Shown here: in pieces, positions 27,042-36,066 of the stretch
Layout: each line of letters opens with the position of its first letter
How positions within the stretch are numbered: the first letter of the stretch is position 1
Assembly (NCBI GenBank): GCA_049890095.1
Contig: JBMHCD010000008.1
Coordinates: 167,764 to 231,763 of the forward strand
Source of the DNA: Flavobacteriales bacterium
GTDB lineage: Bacteria > Bacteroidota > Bacteroidia > Flavobacteriales > UBA7312
Length of the DNA: 64,000 nucleotides
Direction of reading: 5' to 3'
Notes under the pieces: model-generated
Told to the model about the DNA's origin: nothing
Seen by the model: only the letters and a program-made list of their open reading frames with translations
Databases searched by the model: none
Made by a program: the position numbers and the translations under genes

Positions 27042-27803
27042 TTATTTTGGTAAATGATCAAAAAATGTATCTCCTCTAAGTCCAATTCTTAAACATTCTA
27101 GTGGGATGACTTCGTTTGGCGAAATGTTTCCTAGGTTGACATTAGATCCCATTAGTTTGATAAACCAAACCTGTTGTGATTTTTGAGGAGCTTCCCAAAG
27201 TATTTTTTCACTTGGTATTTGAGTTAATATTTCTTCAATTAAATCTGATCTAACCTCGCCAGACCCTCTATAAATCCCTACATTTCCGCCTTCTCTTGCC
27301 TCTGCAATTACTTTCCATGAACCAGCATCTAGTTCTTTTTGCATCAGCTCAATCCATTTATATGGAGGTATGAGCTTGTCTGAATCTTTGGATCCTACTT
27401 CAGATAAAACAGTTGCCTGAGTTTTTAAAGTTTTAATATAATTGCACTTATCTTCATGAGAGATATTAATAGAGCCATCAGAAACTTCAACTGTTTCGAG
27501 TTTATATTTTTCAATCAGTTTACGATATTCGTCAAACATATTTCTTGCAATGAATGCTTCAAACAATGTTCCTCCAAAATATACATTAATATTAGCTGAT
27601 TGATATAATTTAATTTTTTCTGATAAGTGATTTGTCACATGTGAAGTACCAAAACCTAGCTTAACTATATCAGTTAAGTTTCCTGTGGCTTCAATAAAAT
27701 CTTCTGCTTGTCTTAGACTTAATCCTTTATCCATTACCATGGTAATGCCTTTTTCTCTTGGCTTTGATGGCCTCTCAGGAATAAATGGAATTTCGAAATT
27801 CAT
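27042..27803 (-). CDS. comA: (2R)-phospho-3-sulfolactate synthase (ComA family)
   Basis: 253 aa. The N-terminal ERPSKPREKGITMVMDKGL matches the ComA-family signature as I recall it, and the length fits a TIM barrel. Confidence 0.78.
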   Translation of the reverse strand: MNFEIPFIPERPSKPREKGITMVMDKGLSLRQAEDFIEATGNLTDIVKLGFGTSHVTNHLSEKIKLYQSANINVYFGGTLFEAFIARNMFDEYRKLIEKYKLETVEVSDGSINISHEDKCNYIKTLKTQATVLSEVGSKDSDKLIPPYKWIELMQKELDAGSWKVIAEAREGGNVGIYRGSGEVRSDLIEEILTQIPSEKILWEAPQKSQQVWFIKLMGSNVNLGNISPNEVIPLECLRIGLRGDTFFDHLPK

Positions 27804-27813
27804 GTTTTCGTGT

Positions 27814-29220
27814 TTATTTTTTAAAATTATCGAGCAAATTTAATAGATTTTTATTGTTTTTGATACTCGGCATATATTCAAATAATTCTTCATGCAAGTC
27901 ATAATTTATTTTTAATGCATTTTCGAACAATGTTGTGCCTTTAGTTTCATCTCCAATTTCTAATAGATATGCTGATAAACGAAAAATTAATTTTGCATTT
28001 TTTGGATTATAATCAATGGCTTCGTAGAGGCTATCAATAGCCTCGTTTAAGGATTCTTGTTGATATAATATATGAGTATAATTCAGCCAACTTTCATAAT
28101 CTTTGTTATCGAATTCTAATACCTTTTTATATGCTATTTCTGCTTCTTTGATAAAACCTACTTTTTCATGCAATTCAGCATAAAAAAATAAAATATCCAA
28201 ATTTGTACTATCTTCTTTGTAAGCTTGTTTAATGTGATATAGGGATTCTAAATGATTTCCTTGATCATCAAGAATTTGTGAAATGGAAAACCAAGCATCA
28301 GAAAAAGTGGAGTCTTTACGAATAGCTTTGTAAAAATAAACTAGGGCTTTTTCTAATTTATTTAATTGTTTATGATATTCTCCTAGTTCAAAATAGGTGT
28401 TACAATTAGGTTCCTCAAACTTCATGCTTTCAAAACAGCAGTTTATAGCTTGTTGATACAAACCAATTTCTGAAAGAGATTCTGATTTGTGAGAGTATGA
28501 TCGAGTATATCTTTCGTCAATTAATATGGCATAATCAAAAGCCTCAATTGCTTTTAAATGATTGTCGTTTTTTTGATAAAAAAGACCTAAATAAAACCAT
28601 GCTAATAAACAATAAGGGTCATTTTCTAATATAGATTTAGTAAAATAAAGATTACGTTTGTTGATATCGATTAATTCGCTAGACAAGTAATAAGAATACC
28701 AATACAAATCATTTTGTGGCTCTAATTGAATAAGTTTTTCGATCATTTTACATGATGATAAATGATCATTAATACATTGATATTCATTTGCTAATGAAGA
28801 AATTACTTCAAGATTTGATTTGTCTTTAAAAAAAAGCTTTTCTAAAATAGATATTGCTTTTTTATGATTATTTAGTTTACTGTAAACAACTGACATTGTA
28901 AAATCAAAATCTTCGTTGTTTAATGATAATGGTTTAATTTTTTTAAGAATAATCATTGCTTCTTCTAATTTGTCCATTGAAATTAGAATTTGAGCTTTTT
29001 TTAGTTTTAAACTTATTGAAAAAGGAAATAATTTTTCTGATAAATTGAGGGCTATTTGAATATATTCATTTTGATTATTAAGATGATAATGATCTAATAT
29101 TATCTCTAAATCATCCGAATCAAAATATATTGATTTGTTCTGAACAACCATATCTTCAAAACGCTTAATAAGGTTTAGGTGGTGATTGCTTTCTTCTCTG
29201 TTCAATTCTTCTCTATACAT
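27814..29220 (-). CDS. tetratricopeptide repeat protein
   Basis: 468 aa with many 34-aa TPR-like units (W/Y..LG..Y....A...Y..A pattern throughout). Confidence 0.75.
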   Translation of the reverse strand: MYREELNREESNHHLNLIKRFEDMVVQNKSIYFDSDDLEIILDHYHLNNQNEYIQIALNLSEKLFPFSISLKLKKAQILISMDKLEEAMIILKKIKPLSLNNEDFDFTMSVVYSKLNNHKKAISILEKLFFKDKSNLEVISSLANEYQCINDHLSSCKMIEKLIQLEPQNDLYWYSYYLSSELIDINKRNLYFTKSILENDPYCLLAWFYLGLFYQKNDNHLKAIEAFDYAILIDERYTRSYSHKSESLSEIGLYQQAINCCFESMKFEEPNCNTYFELGEYHKQLNKLEKALVYFYKAIRKDSTFSDAWFSISQILDDQGNHLESLYHIKQAYKEDSTNLDILFFYAELHEKVGFIKEAEIAYKKVLEFDNKDYESWLNYTHILYQQESLNEAIDSLYEAIDYNPKNAKLIFRLSAYLLEIGDETKGTTLFENALKINYDLHEELFEYMPSIKNNKNLLNLLDNFKK

Positions 29221-29336
29221 CTACATAAATATAATAAAAACAACGCAAAAAAAAAATATAACGAATTACTTTTGAAAAAAAACTTTCAACACTTTATTAA
29301 TAATTTTAATTAAAATAAATAAATGGTTTAAAATAT

Positions 29337-29344
29337 TATTTTTG
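29337..29344 (+). promoter_or_regulatory. -7 box TATTTTTG upstream of glmM
   Basis: Exact TAnnTTTG match, 16 nt before the ATG at 29361. Confidence 0.5.
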
Positions 29345-29360
29345 CCTAAAATTTACCAAT

Positions 29361-30743
29361 ATGACGTTAATCAAATCAATTTCTGGAATTCGAGGTACAA
29401 TAGGAGGAGAGGTTGGTGATAATTTAACTCCCATTGATGTAGTTCGTTTCGCTTCATCTTACGGAAGTTGGATTAAGAAAAAATGTAAAAAAGAGAACCC
29501 TACCGTCGTTATTGGTAGAGATGCTAGAATTTCTGGTCATCTTGTTTCAAATTTAGTTACATCATCTTTACAATCGTTAAATATTAATGTGGTTGATTTA
29601 GGTTTGTCTACTACGCCTACTGTAGAGTTAGCGGTTAGTTTTTATGCTGCAGATGGAGGAATAATTATAACGGCAAGTCATAATCCAAAACAATGGAATG
29701 CGTTAAAATTGCTTAATGAAAAAGGAGAGTTTATAGACGGAAAATCAGGAGAAGAAATTTTGAATATTGCACAAAGAGATGATTATCTTTTTTCTGAAGT
29801 AGATAGTCTTGGTTCCTACCAAACTAATGATGAAGCTATGACAAAACATATACAATCTGTTTTAGACTTATCCTTGGTAGATGTAAATGCTATTAAAAAT
29901 AAAAAAATAAAAGTCGTTGTTGACGCTGTCAATTCAACAGGTGGTATAATAATTCCTCAATTACTAAATTCTTTAGGAGTAGAATGTGTTGAGTTATATT
30001 GTGAGCCAAATGGTCATTTTCCTCACAACCCAGAGCCACTTGCAGAACATTTAAAAGACATTTCTAATAAAGTCGTGGAAGTTAATGCCGACTTTGGAAT
30101 AGTGGTAGATCCTGATGTAGATAGATTAGCAATTGTGAATGAGGATGGAAGTATGTTTGGTGAAGAATATACATTGGTAGCTGTTGCTGATTATGTTTTA
30201 TCTCAAAATAAAGGGAATACTGTTTCTAACTTATCTTCATCTAGAGCCTTAAAAGATATTACTGAAAAACATGGAGGCCAATATTTTGCTTCTGCTGTAG
30301 GAGAGGTAAATGTAGTTGCAAGCATGAAAGAAAAAAATGCCATTATTGGTGGTGAAGGAAATGGTGGAATCATATATCCAAAATCTCATTACGGAAGAGA
30401 TTCTATTGTAGGTATTGCACTATTTTTAACTCATTACGCAAAACAAAGCTTAACGTGTTCTGAGTTAAGAAAATCATATCCTTCTTATTTTATGTCAAAA
30501 AACAAAATAGAATTAAATCCGACTATAAATGTTGACACTATTTTACAAGAAATACAATCTGTATATAGTGACTTTCAAATAAATACCATAGATGGTGTGA
30601 AAATTGATTTTGAAAACGAATGGGTACATTTAAGAAAATCAAATACTGAACCAATTATTAGAATTTATACAGAAAGTACTAGTCAACAAGATGCAGATGA
30701 TTTAGCTGAAAAAATTATCACTGAAATAAAAAATATTATTTAG
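29361..30743 (+). CDS. glmM: phosphoglucosamine mutase (alpha-D-phosphohexomutase family)
   Basis: 460 aa. Phosphoserine loop TASHNP, Mg site DPDVDR, and sugar loop GGEGNGG. Confidence 0.88.
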   Translation: MTLIKSISGIRGTIGGEVGDNLTPIDVVRFASSYGSWIKKKCKKENPTVVIGRDARISGHLVSNLVTSSLQSLNINVVDLGLSTTPTVELAVSFYAADGGIIITASHNPKQWNALKLLNEKGEFIDGKSGEEILNIAQRDDYLFSEVDSLGSYQTNDEAMTKHIQSVLDLSLVDVNAIKNKKIKVVVDAVNSTGGIIIPQLLNSLGVECVELYCEPNGHFPHNPEPLAEHLKDISNKVVEVNADFGIVVDPDVDRLAIVNEDGSMFGEEYTLVAVADYVLSQNKGNTVSNLSSSRALKDITEKHGGQYFASAVGEVNVVASMKEKNAIIGGEGNGGIIYPKSHYGRDSIVGIALFLTHYAKQSLTCSELRKSYPSYFMSKNKIELNPTINVDTILQEIQSVYSDFQINTIDGVKIDFENEWVHLRKSNTEPIIRIYTESTSQQDADDLAEKIITEIKNII

Positions 30744-30745
30744 CG

Positions 30746-31876
30746 ATGAAAGTATATTTAGATAATGCAGCGACTACCCAATTGGATCCTCAAGTGATAG
30801 AAGTCATGACCTCTGTTATGAAAAATGAATTTGGAAATCCTTCTTCTATTCATTCTTATGGAAGGCAAACAAGGTCTATAGTTGAGCGAGCTAGAAAAAA
30901 TGTAGCTAAACATTTAAATTGTGCACCTGGAGAAATCTTTTTCACTTCGGGAGGTACTGAGTCGGATAATATTGCTATTCGATGTGGAATGATGGATTTG
31001 GGTATAAATCATGCTATTACCTCTAAAATTGAGCATCATGCTGTTGGACATACACTTGAGGATATGGCATCTAAAGGAATGATTAAATTATCCTATGTTA
31101 ATTTAGATAACAAAGGGAGTGTAGATTTAAATCATTTAGAACAATTATTATCTTCTAATGATAGATCTTTTGTTTCGTTAATGCATGCAAATAATGAGAT
31201 AGGTAATTTATTACCATTAAAGGAATGTGGTGAAATATGTAAAAAATATAAAGCTATTTTTCATTCGGATACTGTTCAGACAATGGCTCACTACAGATTT
31301 GACTTACAAGATTTATATATACATTTTGTTACTGGATCTGCTCATAAATTTCATGGGCCAAAAGGCAATGGTTTTTTATATGTAAATGAAGAAGTTTCAA
31401 TAAAACCATTAATAAGTGGAGGAGCTCAAGAAAGGAATATGAGAGCTGGTACTGAAAATGTTTATGGAATAGCAGGGCTTTCAAAAGCAATGGATATTTC
31501 GTATGAAGGACTGGACGAACATAGGTCGCACATTGAAGGTTTAAAAAAATACACCATTGAATCATTAAAGAAAGCCATCCCAAATGTAGAATTTAATGGA
31601 AATTGTGATGATTTGCAACACTCATTATATACGGTATTAAATGTTATGTTTCCAAAAACAGATATTGGAGAAATGTTATTTTACAATCTAGATATTTTAG
31701 GCATTGCTGCCTCTGGTGGGAGTGCCTGTAGCTCTGGTAGTAATATAGGGTCGCATGTGCTAAGAGGTGTTAATTCAGATATGCAACGCCCTTCATTACG
31801 TTTTTCATTTAGTAAGTTCAATAAAAAAGAGGAGGTAGATTTTTTGATAAATCAGTTAAAAAGTTTATTCAGCTGA
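30746..31876 (+). CDS. cysteine desulfurase (class V aminotransferase, NifS/IscS-like)
   Basis: 376 aa. PLP lysine context SAHKFHGPKG and active-site loop SGGSACSSG. Confidence 0.9.
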   Translation: MKVYLDNAATTQLDPQVIEVMTSVMKNEFGNPSSIHSYGRQTRSIVERARKNVAKHLNCAPGEIFFTSGGTESDNIAIRCGMMDLGINHAITSKIEHHAVGHTLEDMASKGMIKLSYVNLDNKGSVDLNHLEQLLSSNDRSFVSLMHANNEIGNLLPLKECGEICKKYKAIFHSDTVQTMAHYRFDLQDLYIHFVTGSAHKFHGPKGNGFLYVNEEVSIKPLISGGAQERNMRAGTENVYGIAGLSKAMDISYEGLDEHRSHIEGLKKYTIESLKKAIPNVEFNGNCDDLQHSLYTVLNVMFPKTDIGEMLFYNLDILGIAASGGSACSSGSNIGSHVLRGVNSDMQRPSLRFSFSKFNKKEEVDFLINQLKSLFS

Positions 31877-32862
31877 TTAAACTCTTTTTTATTCTTTAAA
31901 AAATATAAATAAACAATACTAGTTGGGTATAGTTTTGTTTGGGAATTCTTAGATCTTTTCGAACGAAATTTTTTGAGTTTCGAGTAAAAATGAAGGTGAG
32001 CTTTTAGAATTGCAAAAATATGTTTTGGTTTTCTGTCCAATACAAACTTAATGGATGATAATCCATCCAAAACCAATCTGGAAAAAATAATTCTAAATCT
32101 ATTTTTTTCTAAGTTTTTATATAGCATCAATAGATTGTTTCTGTAGTTTAAATATGTTTTGAAAGTACTACTATTATTTAAGGTTCCTCCTCCAACATGA
32201 AAAACATGTGATTTTGGAATACACATAATTTTATAACCCTTATTTTTAAGCCTCCAACAAAGGTCTATTTCTTCCATATGTGCAAAAAAATCATTATCGA
32301 ATCCTCCTATTTCAAAAAATGATGATGAGCGAATAAAAAGACAAGCTCCAGTAGCCCAAAATATTTCTATTTCTTCATCGTATTGTCCATTGTCAACTTC
32401 TACATTGTCAAATATTCTTCCTCGGCAAAACGGATAACCATATTTGTCTATAAAACCTCCACTTGCACCAGCATATTCGAATTTATTTTTGTTGTGGTAA
32501 CTTTTAATTTTTGGTTGACAAGCGGCTATTGACTTATCTTTTTCCATTTTTTCAATCACAGGCATAATCCAGTTTTCACTAACTTCAACATCGGAGTTAA
32601 GTAAAATATAATAATCAGCACAAATTTGATTTAAACCAAAGTTATAACCACCACAAAATCCATCATTTTTAGTGTTAACAATTAGTTTTAGATTTGGAAA
32701 ATTAGAATTTAAAAATGGTACAGAATTATCTGTGGAACCGTTGTCAATAACAAAAACTTCAGCTTCAGGACTTTTTTCAACTACTGAGTTTAAAAATTTT
32801 TGTAACCAATGAACTCCATTGTAATTAAGAATTACTACTGCTATTTTTGCTTGTGTTTCCAT
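31852..32862 (-). CDS. family 2 glycosyltransferase
   Basis: 336 aa. VVILNYNG, DNGSTD, and a DxD-like LNSDVEV. Its 3' end overlaps the convergent desulfurase gene by 25 nt. Confidence 0.85.
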   Translation of the reverse strand: METQAKIAVVILNYNGVHWLQKFLNSVVEKSPEAEVFVIDNGSTDNSVPFLNSNFPNLKLIVNTKNDGFCGGYNFGLNQICADYYILLNSDVEVSENWIMPVIEKMEKDKSIAACQPKIKSYHNKNKFEYAGASGGFIDKYGYPFCRGRIFDNVEVDNGQYDEEIEIFWATGACLFIRSSSFFEIGGFDNDFFAHMEEIDLCWRLKNKGYKIMCIPKSHVFHVGGGTLNNSSTFKTYLNYRNNLLMLYKNLEKNRFRIIFSRLVLDGLSSIKFVLDRKPKHIFAILKAHLHFYSKLKKFRSKRSKNSQTKLYPTSIVYLYFLKNKKEFNQLNKLFN

Positions 32863-33695
32863 CTTCTATGCGACCACAGCCAATAAAATGGTCGTTCAAT
32901 TATTTTTTGTTCTAGTATTCTAGTGTGTAAGTTAGTAATTTCACCTACTTTTAAGGTTGAAGGTTTGTCTGTAATCAGCTCGAAGCTAAATTCATAAAAC
33001 CCATTTTTTATTGGAATTATATTAGCATATATAACAGCACAATCAAGTTTCTTTGCTAATTTATCAGTTCCTAAAAATACAGGAGTTTTTTGGTTTAAAA
33101 AAATAGTCCAATAATTTAGCTGTTCTGATGAAGGTGTTTGATCAGCTATAATTCCAATTATTCTAGCTTTTGAATTTGGCTGTAAAATATATCGAACACT
33201 TTCATTCATATCTACTAATGTAGCTCCAAACTGTGAACGAATTTGTTTTATTTTATTATTCCAAAAACTAGATGACAATGGCTTATAAATGCCAATTAAT
33301 TCATTACTAAAATTAATACTAGTTGCAAGCAAGCTCCATTCCCAATTACCGTAATGTCCTAAAACTAAAATTACATCTTTGTTTTTATCTAAATAAGATT
33401 GAACAAGTTGTTTGTTTTTTAATACAAATCTGTTTTTAAGTGTATTTTTTGAAATTGAAAAAATCTTTATGGTCTCAGCTATTAATTGCCCTAAATATTG
33501 ATAATACTTTTTTAAAAGCTGTTGGTTTTGACTTCTACTGTTTTCTGGAAAAGAATTGCTTAAATTTTCTAAAATTACCTTCTTTCTATAATTTAATAAA
33601 CGAATAATATAAGAAATAAAACTACCAAAGTATGTAAGAATACCCATTGGTAATAATGCTAACAATTTAATAAGTGAATAAAAAACAATATTCAT
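32841..33695 (-). CDS. lysophospholipid/lipid A late acyltransferase (LpxL/HtrB family)
   Basis: 284 aa. N-terminal TM, HX4D/E acyltransferase box LGHYGNWE, and IIADQ. Confidence 0.8.
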   Translation of the reverse strand: MNIVFYSLIKLLALLPMGILTYFGSFISYIIRLLNYRKKVILENLSNSFPENSRSQNQQLLKKYYQYLGQLIAETIKIFSISKNTLKNRFVLKNKQLVQSYLDKNKDVILVLGHYGNWEWSLLATSINFSNELIGIYKPLSSSFWNNKIKQIRSQFGATLVDMNESVRYILQPNSKARIIGIIADQTPSSEQLNYWTIFLNQKTPVFLGTDKLAKKLDCAVIYANIIPIKNGFYEFSFELITDKPSTLKVGEITNLHTRILEQKIIERPFYWLWSHRRWKHKQK

Positions 33696-33701
33696 TTATA
33701 A

Positions 33702-35102
33702 TTATTGAGGGTTATTGAAAAAATCCCATGGGGACTGATTACCACTATCATTTTCATAATAATTTTCTTCAAAACGATTTATCCAGTCTATATCAGATAC
33801 TTCACCAATTTTATTACTATAAACTAAGCGATATTCGTTTGGCCTATTTTTATTTGAAAACACAAATCGTACGTCTCTTTCGTTTTCAAGTTGATAATAA
33901 TGCCACACTTCAAATGGTTCAAATTGTTTAGGAAGATATTCTTCTGTTCTTGAGTTTGGAGCACCATATAGTAAATATATTCTTCCTCTATCACTTAGAT
34001 ATCCATCTGCCATTCCAAATCGAAATTCATTATTTACTATAGCTACTTTTTTAAGATAATCCAGCCAAGCTTGTTCTGGATTAAAAGCTGATCTTTTTTT
34101 CCAAAATTGATAAAAATATTTTTGCATTAGATGCAAGCTATCATAATTGAGTTGATTATTTGAAAATAAACTTTCAATTGAATTTTCAATAGGATATAAA
34201 TATCGAATGAATTGCTTAAGTGTATCTATATTTTGAATTTTACTTGCAAAAGTATTTTCAATATCAACTTGATTATAATCTAATTTTTTTCCGTATTTAA
34301 ACAGAATTTTTTCTTTTTGATCAATGACGTCATTATCTTTATTGATAACCTCAACAACTAATTTAAACGTTCCAGAGGGAAGATCTTTAATTGGAAAAGA
34401 CGATAATACTACTGTCTTTTTATTTTTACTCCATTTGGTGTTATACAAATTATTGACTACTTTTTTAGTTTCTACAGACTTTAATGAAGTTCTTAAGAGT
34501 CTTTTTTCTGCACTTTTATTATAGTATTCGTAATAGTAATTTACTTTATGATTTGATTGGTTATAAAAGTTAGATACAAAAGGAGTAAGGTCATAACCAC
34601 TTTTGCTAAGAATGTTTTTAGATTTGGTTTCAGAAAAATTATCTACAAATTGTATATCTGACAATCCATTTTGTTCAAAAATGGTTATCTTTTGTTTATG
34701 TTCTATATTATTTAATTTTTTACTATTTATATCGTAAATTTTTAGTGTGAGATCGTATTCACCGATGGATAGAGTGTAGCGTTGTTGATCCAAAAAGATA
34801 AAGTTGATATCATTAGTATCTTCAACAATGGGGCTTAGTAGATTATACTGATCAAACTTAGATATATTACCATTTTTGTCTTTAAACTCAAAGCTAACTT
34901 CAATGGTAGATTGGTATTTACCATTATTGTTAGCAATAAATTGAGTTGATTTTCCATCAATAGAAAGATAGGTTTCCAAAAAAGTATTGTTTTCGGAAGT
35001 AAATTGACAAAAATCAAATTGAACATCTAAGTTTTGAGATTTGCTACTAAACGAAATAATTAAAGTAAAAGCAACAATAGTATTTTGTAAAAGAGTTTTC
35101 AT
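33702..35102 (-). CDS. GWxTD domain-containing secreted protein
   Basis: Start set at ATG 35102 (MKTLLQNTIVAFTLIISFSSKSQ signal peptide). The C-terminal region DGYLSDRGRIYLLYGAPN...FEVWHY is a GWxTD-type signature. The longer ORF-track N-terminus is the antisense of tRNA-Ser. Confidence 0.72.
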   Translation of the reverse strand: MKTLLQNTIVAFTLIISFSSKSQNLDVQFDFCQFTSENNTFLETYLSIDGKSTQFIANNNGKYQSTIEVSFEFKDKNGNISKFDQYNLLSPIVEDTNDINFIFLDQQRYTLSIGEYDLTLKIYDINSKKLNNIEHKQKITIFEQNGLSDIQFVDNFSETKSKNILSKSGYDLTPFVSNFYNQSNHKVNYYYEYYNKSAEKRLLRTSLKSVETKKVVNNLYNTKWSKNKKTVVLSSFPIKDLPSGTFKLVVEVINKDNDVIDQKEKILFKYGKKLDYNQVDIENTFASKIQNIDTLKQFIRYLYPIENSIESLFSNNQLNYDSLHLMQKYFYQFWKKRSAFNPEQAWLDYLKKVAIVNNEFRFGMADGYLSDRGRIYLLYGAPNSRTEEYLPKQFEPFEVWHYYQLENERDVRFVFSNKNRPNEYRLVYSNKIGEVSDIDWINRFEENYYENDSGNQSPWDFFNNPQ

Positions 35103-35168
35103 ATTAGCTAAAATACTAATAATGATTATTTTTTTACAAAGTTTTGCCCTAATGATTAAAAAAAATTT

Positions 35169-35176
35169 TACATTTG
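35169..35176 (+). promoter_or_regulatory. -7 box TACATTTG for tRNA-Ser(TGA)
   Basis: Exact TAnnTTTG match, 12 nt before the mature tRNA 5' end. Confidence 0.55.
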
Positions 35177-35188
35177 CCACCCCAAGTG

Positions 35189-35273
35189 GGAGAGATGGCA
35201 GAGTGGTCGAATGCGGTGGTCTTGAAAACCATTGTACAGCAATGTACCGGGGGTTCGAATCCCTCTCTCTCCG
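35189..35273 (+). tRNA. tRNA-Ser (anticodon TGA)
   Basis: Manual cloverleaf. Acceptor GGAGAGA/TCTCTCC, anticodon stem GTGGT/ACCAT with loop CTTGAAA, long variable arm, T-loop TTCGAAT, discriminator G. No encoded CCA. Confidence 0.9.
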
Positions 35274-35277
35274 CTTC

Positions 35278-35308
35278 AAAAAAGCCCTAGATTTCTAGGG
35301 CTTTTTTT
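35278..35308 (+). terminator. rho-independent terminator after tRNA-Ser
   Basis: Stem AGCCCTAG / CTAGGGCT with loop ATTT, followed by a T7 run. Confidence 0.8.
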
Positions 35309-35544
35309 AGTTAACTGTTGAAGATACCATAAAAGAGTTAATGTACACTTTCTTATTGTATTCTAATCAATTTACGTATACTCCGCTAAGTTCTGTTTTT
35401 CTTTATAAGTTCCATCCACCATCATATTGTAATATGTTTACCGATTGTGATTGAACAATTAATTTAGACGAAAATAATAAGAAGTATAAAAATAATTTTT
35501 TCACTTGCTTTCAAGTAAGTTTTTCAAAAGCTAGTTTACTAATA

Positions 35545-36033
35545 TTAATCTATATGTTGTTTTAGATGAATCATTTCAATGGCAGTAATTGCGGCTTCAA
35601 CTCCTTTATTACCCAATATTCCACCAGATCGATCAATTGCTTGTTGTTGAGTGTTGTCGGTAAGGACCCCAAAAATTACGGGTTTGTTGTACTTCAGAGA
35701 AACGTCTTTTATTCCTAATGCAGTTGATTGGCAAACAAAGTCAAAATGCTTTGTTTCGCCTTGTATAACACTACCTAAACATATTACTGCATCAATGGTT
35801 GTGTCTTTTTCTAAAATAAACTGAGCTCCTAAAGCAAGTTCAAAACTGCCTGGAACATACTTAACAATTATATTTGACTCTTGGCAATTACACCCCATTA
35901 AAGTTGATTTAGCACCATCGAGCAATCCATTAGTTATTTCCTTGTTCCATTTAGCAACTACAATAGCGATTTTCATCCCTTTTGCATCCGGAATTTCATT
36001 TAAGTTATATTTGGATAAATTCGAACTAGCCAT
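35545..36033 (-). CDS. ribH: 6,7-dimethyl-8-ribityllumazine synthase
   Basis: 162 aa. KIAIVVAKWN, VPGSFELA, and GETKHFDFV motifs. Confidence 0.93.
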   Translation of the reverse strand: MASSNLSKYNLNEIPDAKGMKIAIVVAKWNKEITNGLLDGAKSTLMGCNCQESNIIVKYVPGSFELALGAQFILEKDTTIDAVICLGSVIQGETKHFDFVCQSTALGIKDVSLKYNKPVIFGVLTDNTQQQAIDRSGGILGNKGVEAAITAIEMIHLKQHID

Positions 36034-36055
36034 AAAAAAGCTCGCAAAGCGAGCT
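36034..36055 (-). terminator. terminator-like hairpin whose U-tract abuts the ribH start codon
   Basis: The minus strand reads AGCTCGC TTT GCGAGCT TTTTT ATG. Confidence 0.55.
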
Positions 36056-36066
36056 AATTAATTTGA

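Noticed and set aside
31852-31880. The inverted repeat AATCAG…CTGATT in the convergent overlap, considered as a hidden bidirectional terminator.
   Set aside because: The arms are only 6 bp with a 17-nt loop, and there are no flanking T-runs. The repeat is more simply explained by both strands encoding N-Q-L.
33702-35279. The ORF-track version of the GWxTD gene has 59 extra N-terminal residues ([12 protein letters not shown]…). The plus ORF 35041..35298 covers the same DNA.
   Set aside because: The extension is the antisense (and the plus ORF the sense) translation of tRNA-Ser(TGA) at 35189-35273; DSNPRY and GFESL peptides are typical tRNA shadows. A signal peptide begins at the internal Met (ATG 35102).
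35545-36066. I looked for an FMN riboswitch upstream of ribH. I also looked for THF, glycine or purine-type leaders upstream of folP, glyA and guaB.
   Set aside because: The available upstream spaces are 33 nt (ribH), 19 nt (folP), 41 nt (glyA) and 79 nt (guaB). These are too short and lack the conserved cores as far as I can judge by eye.
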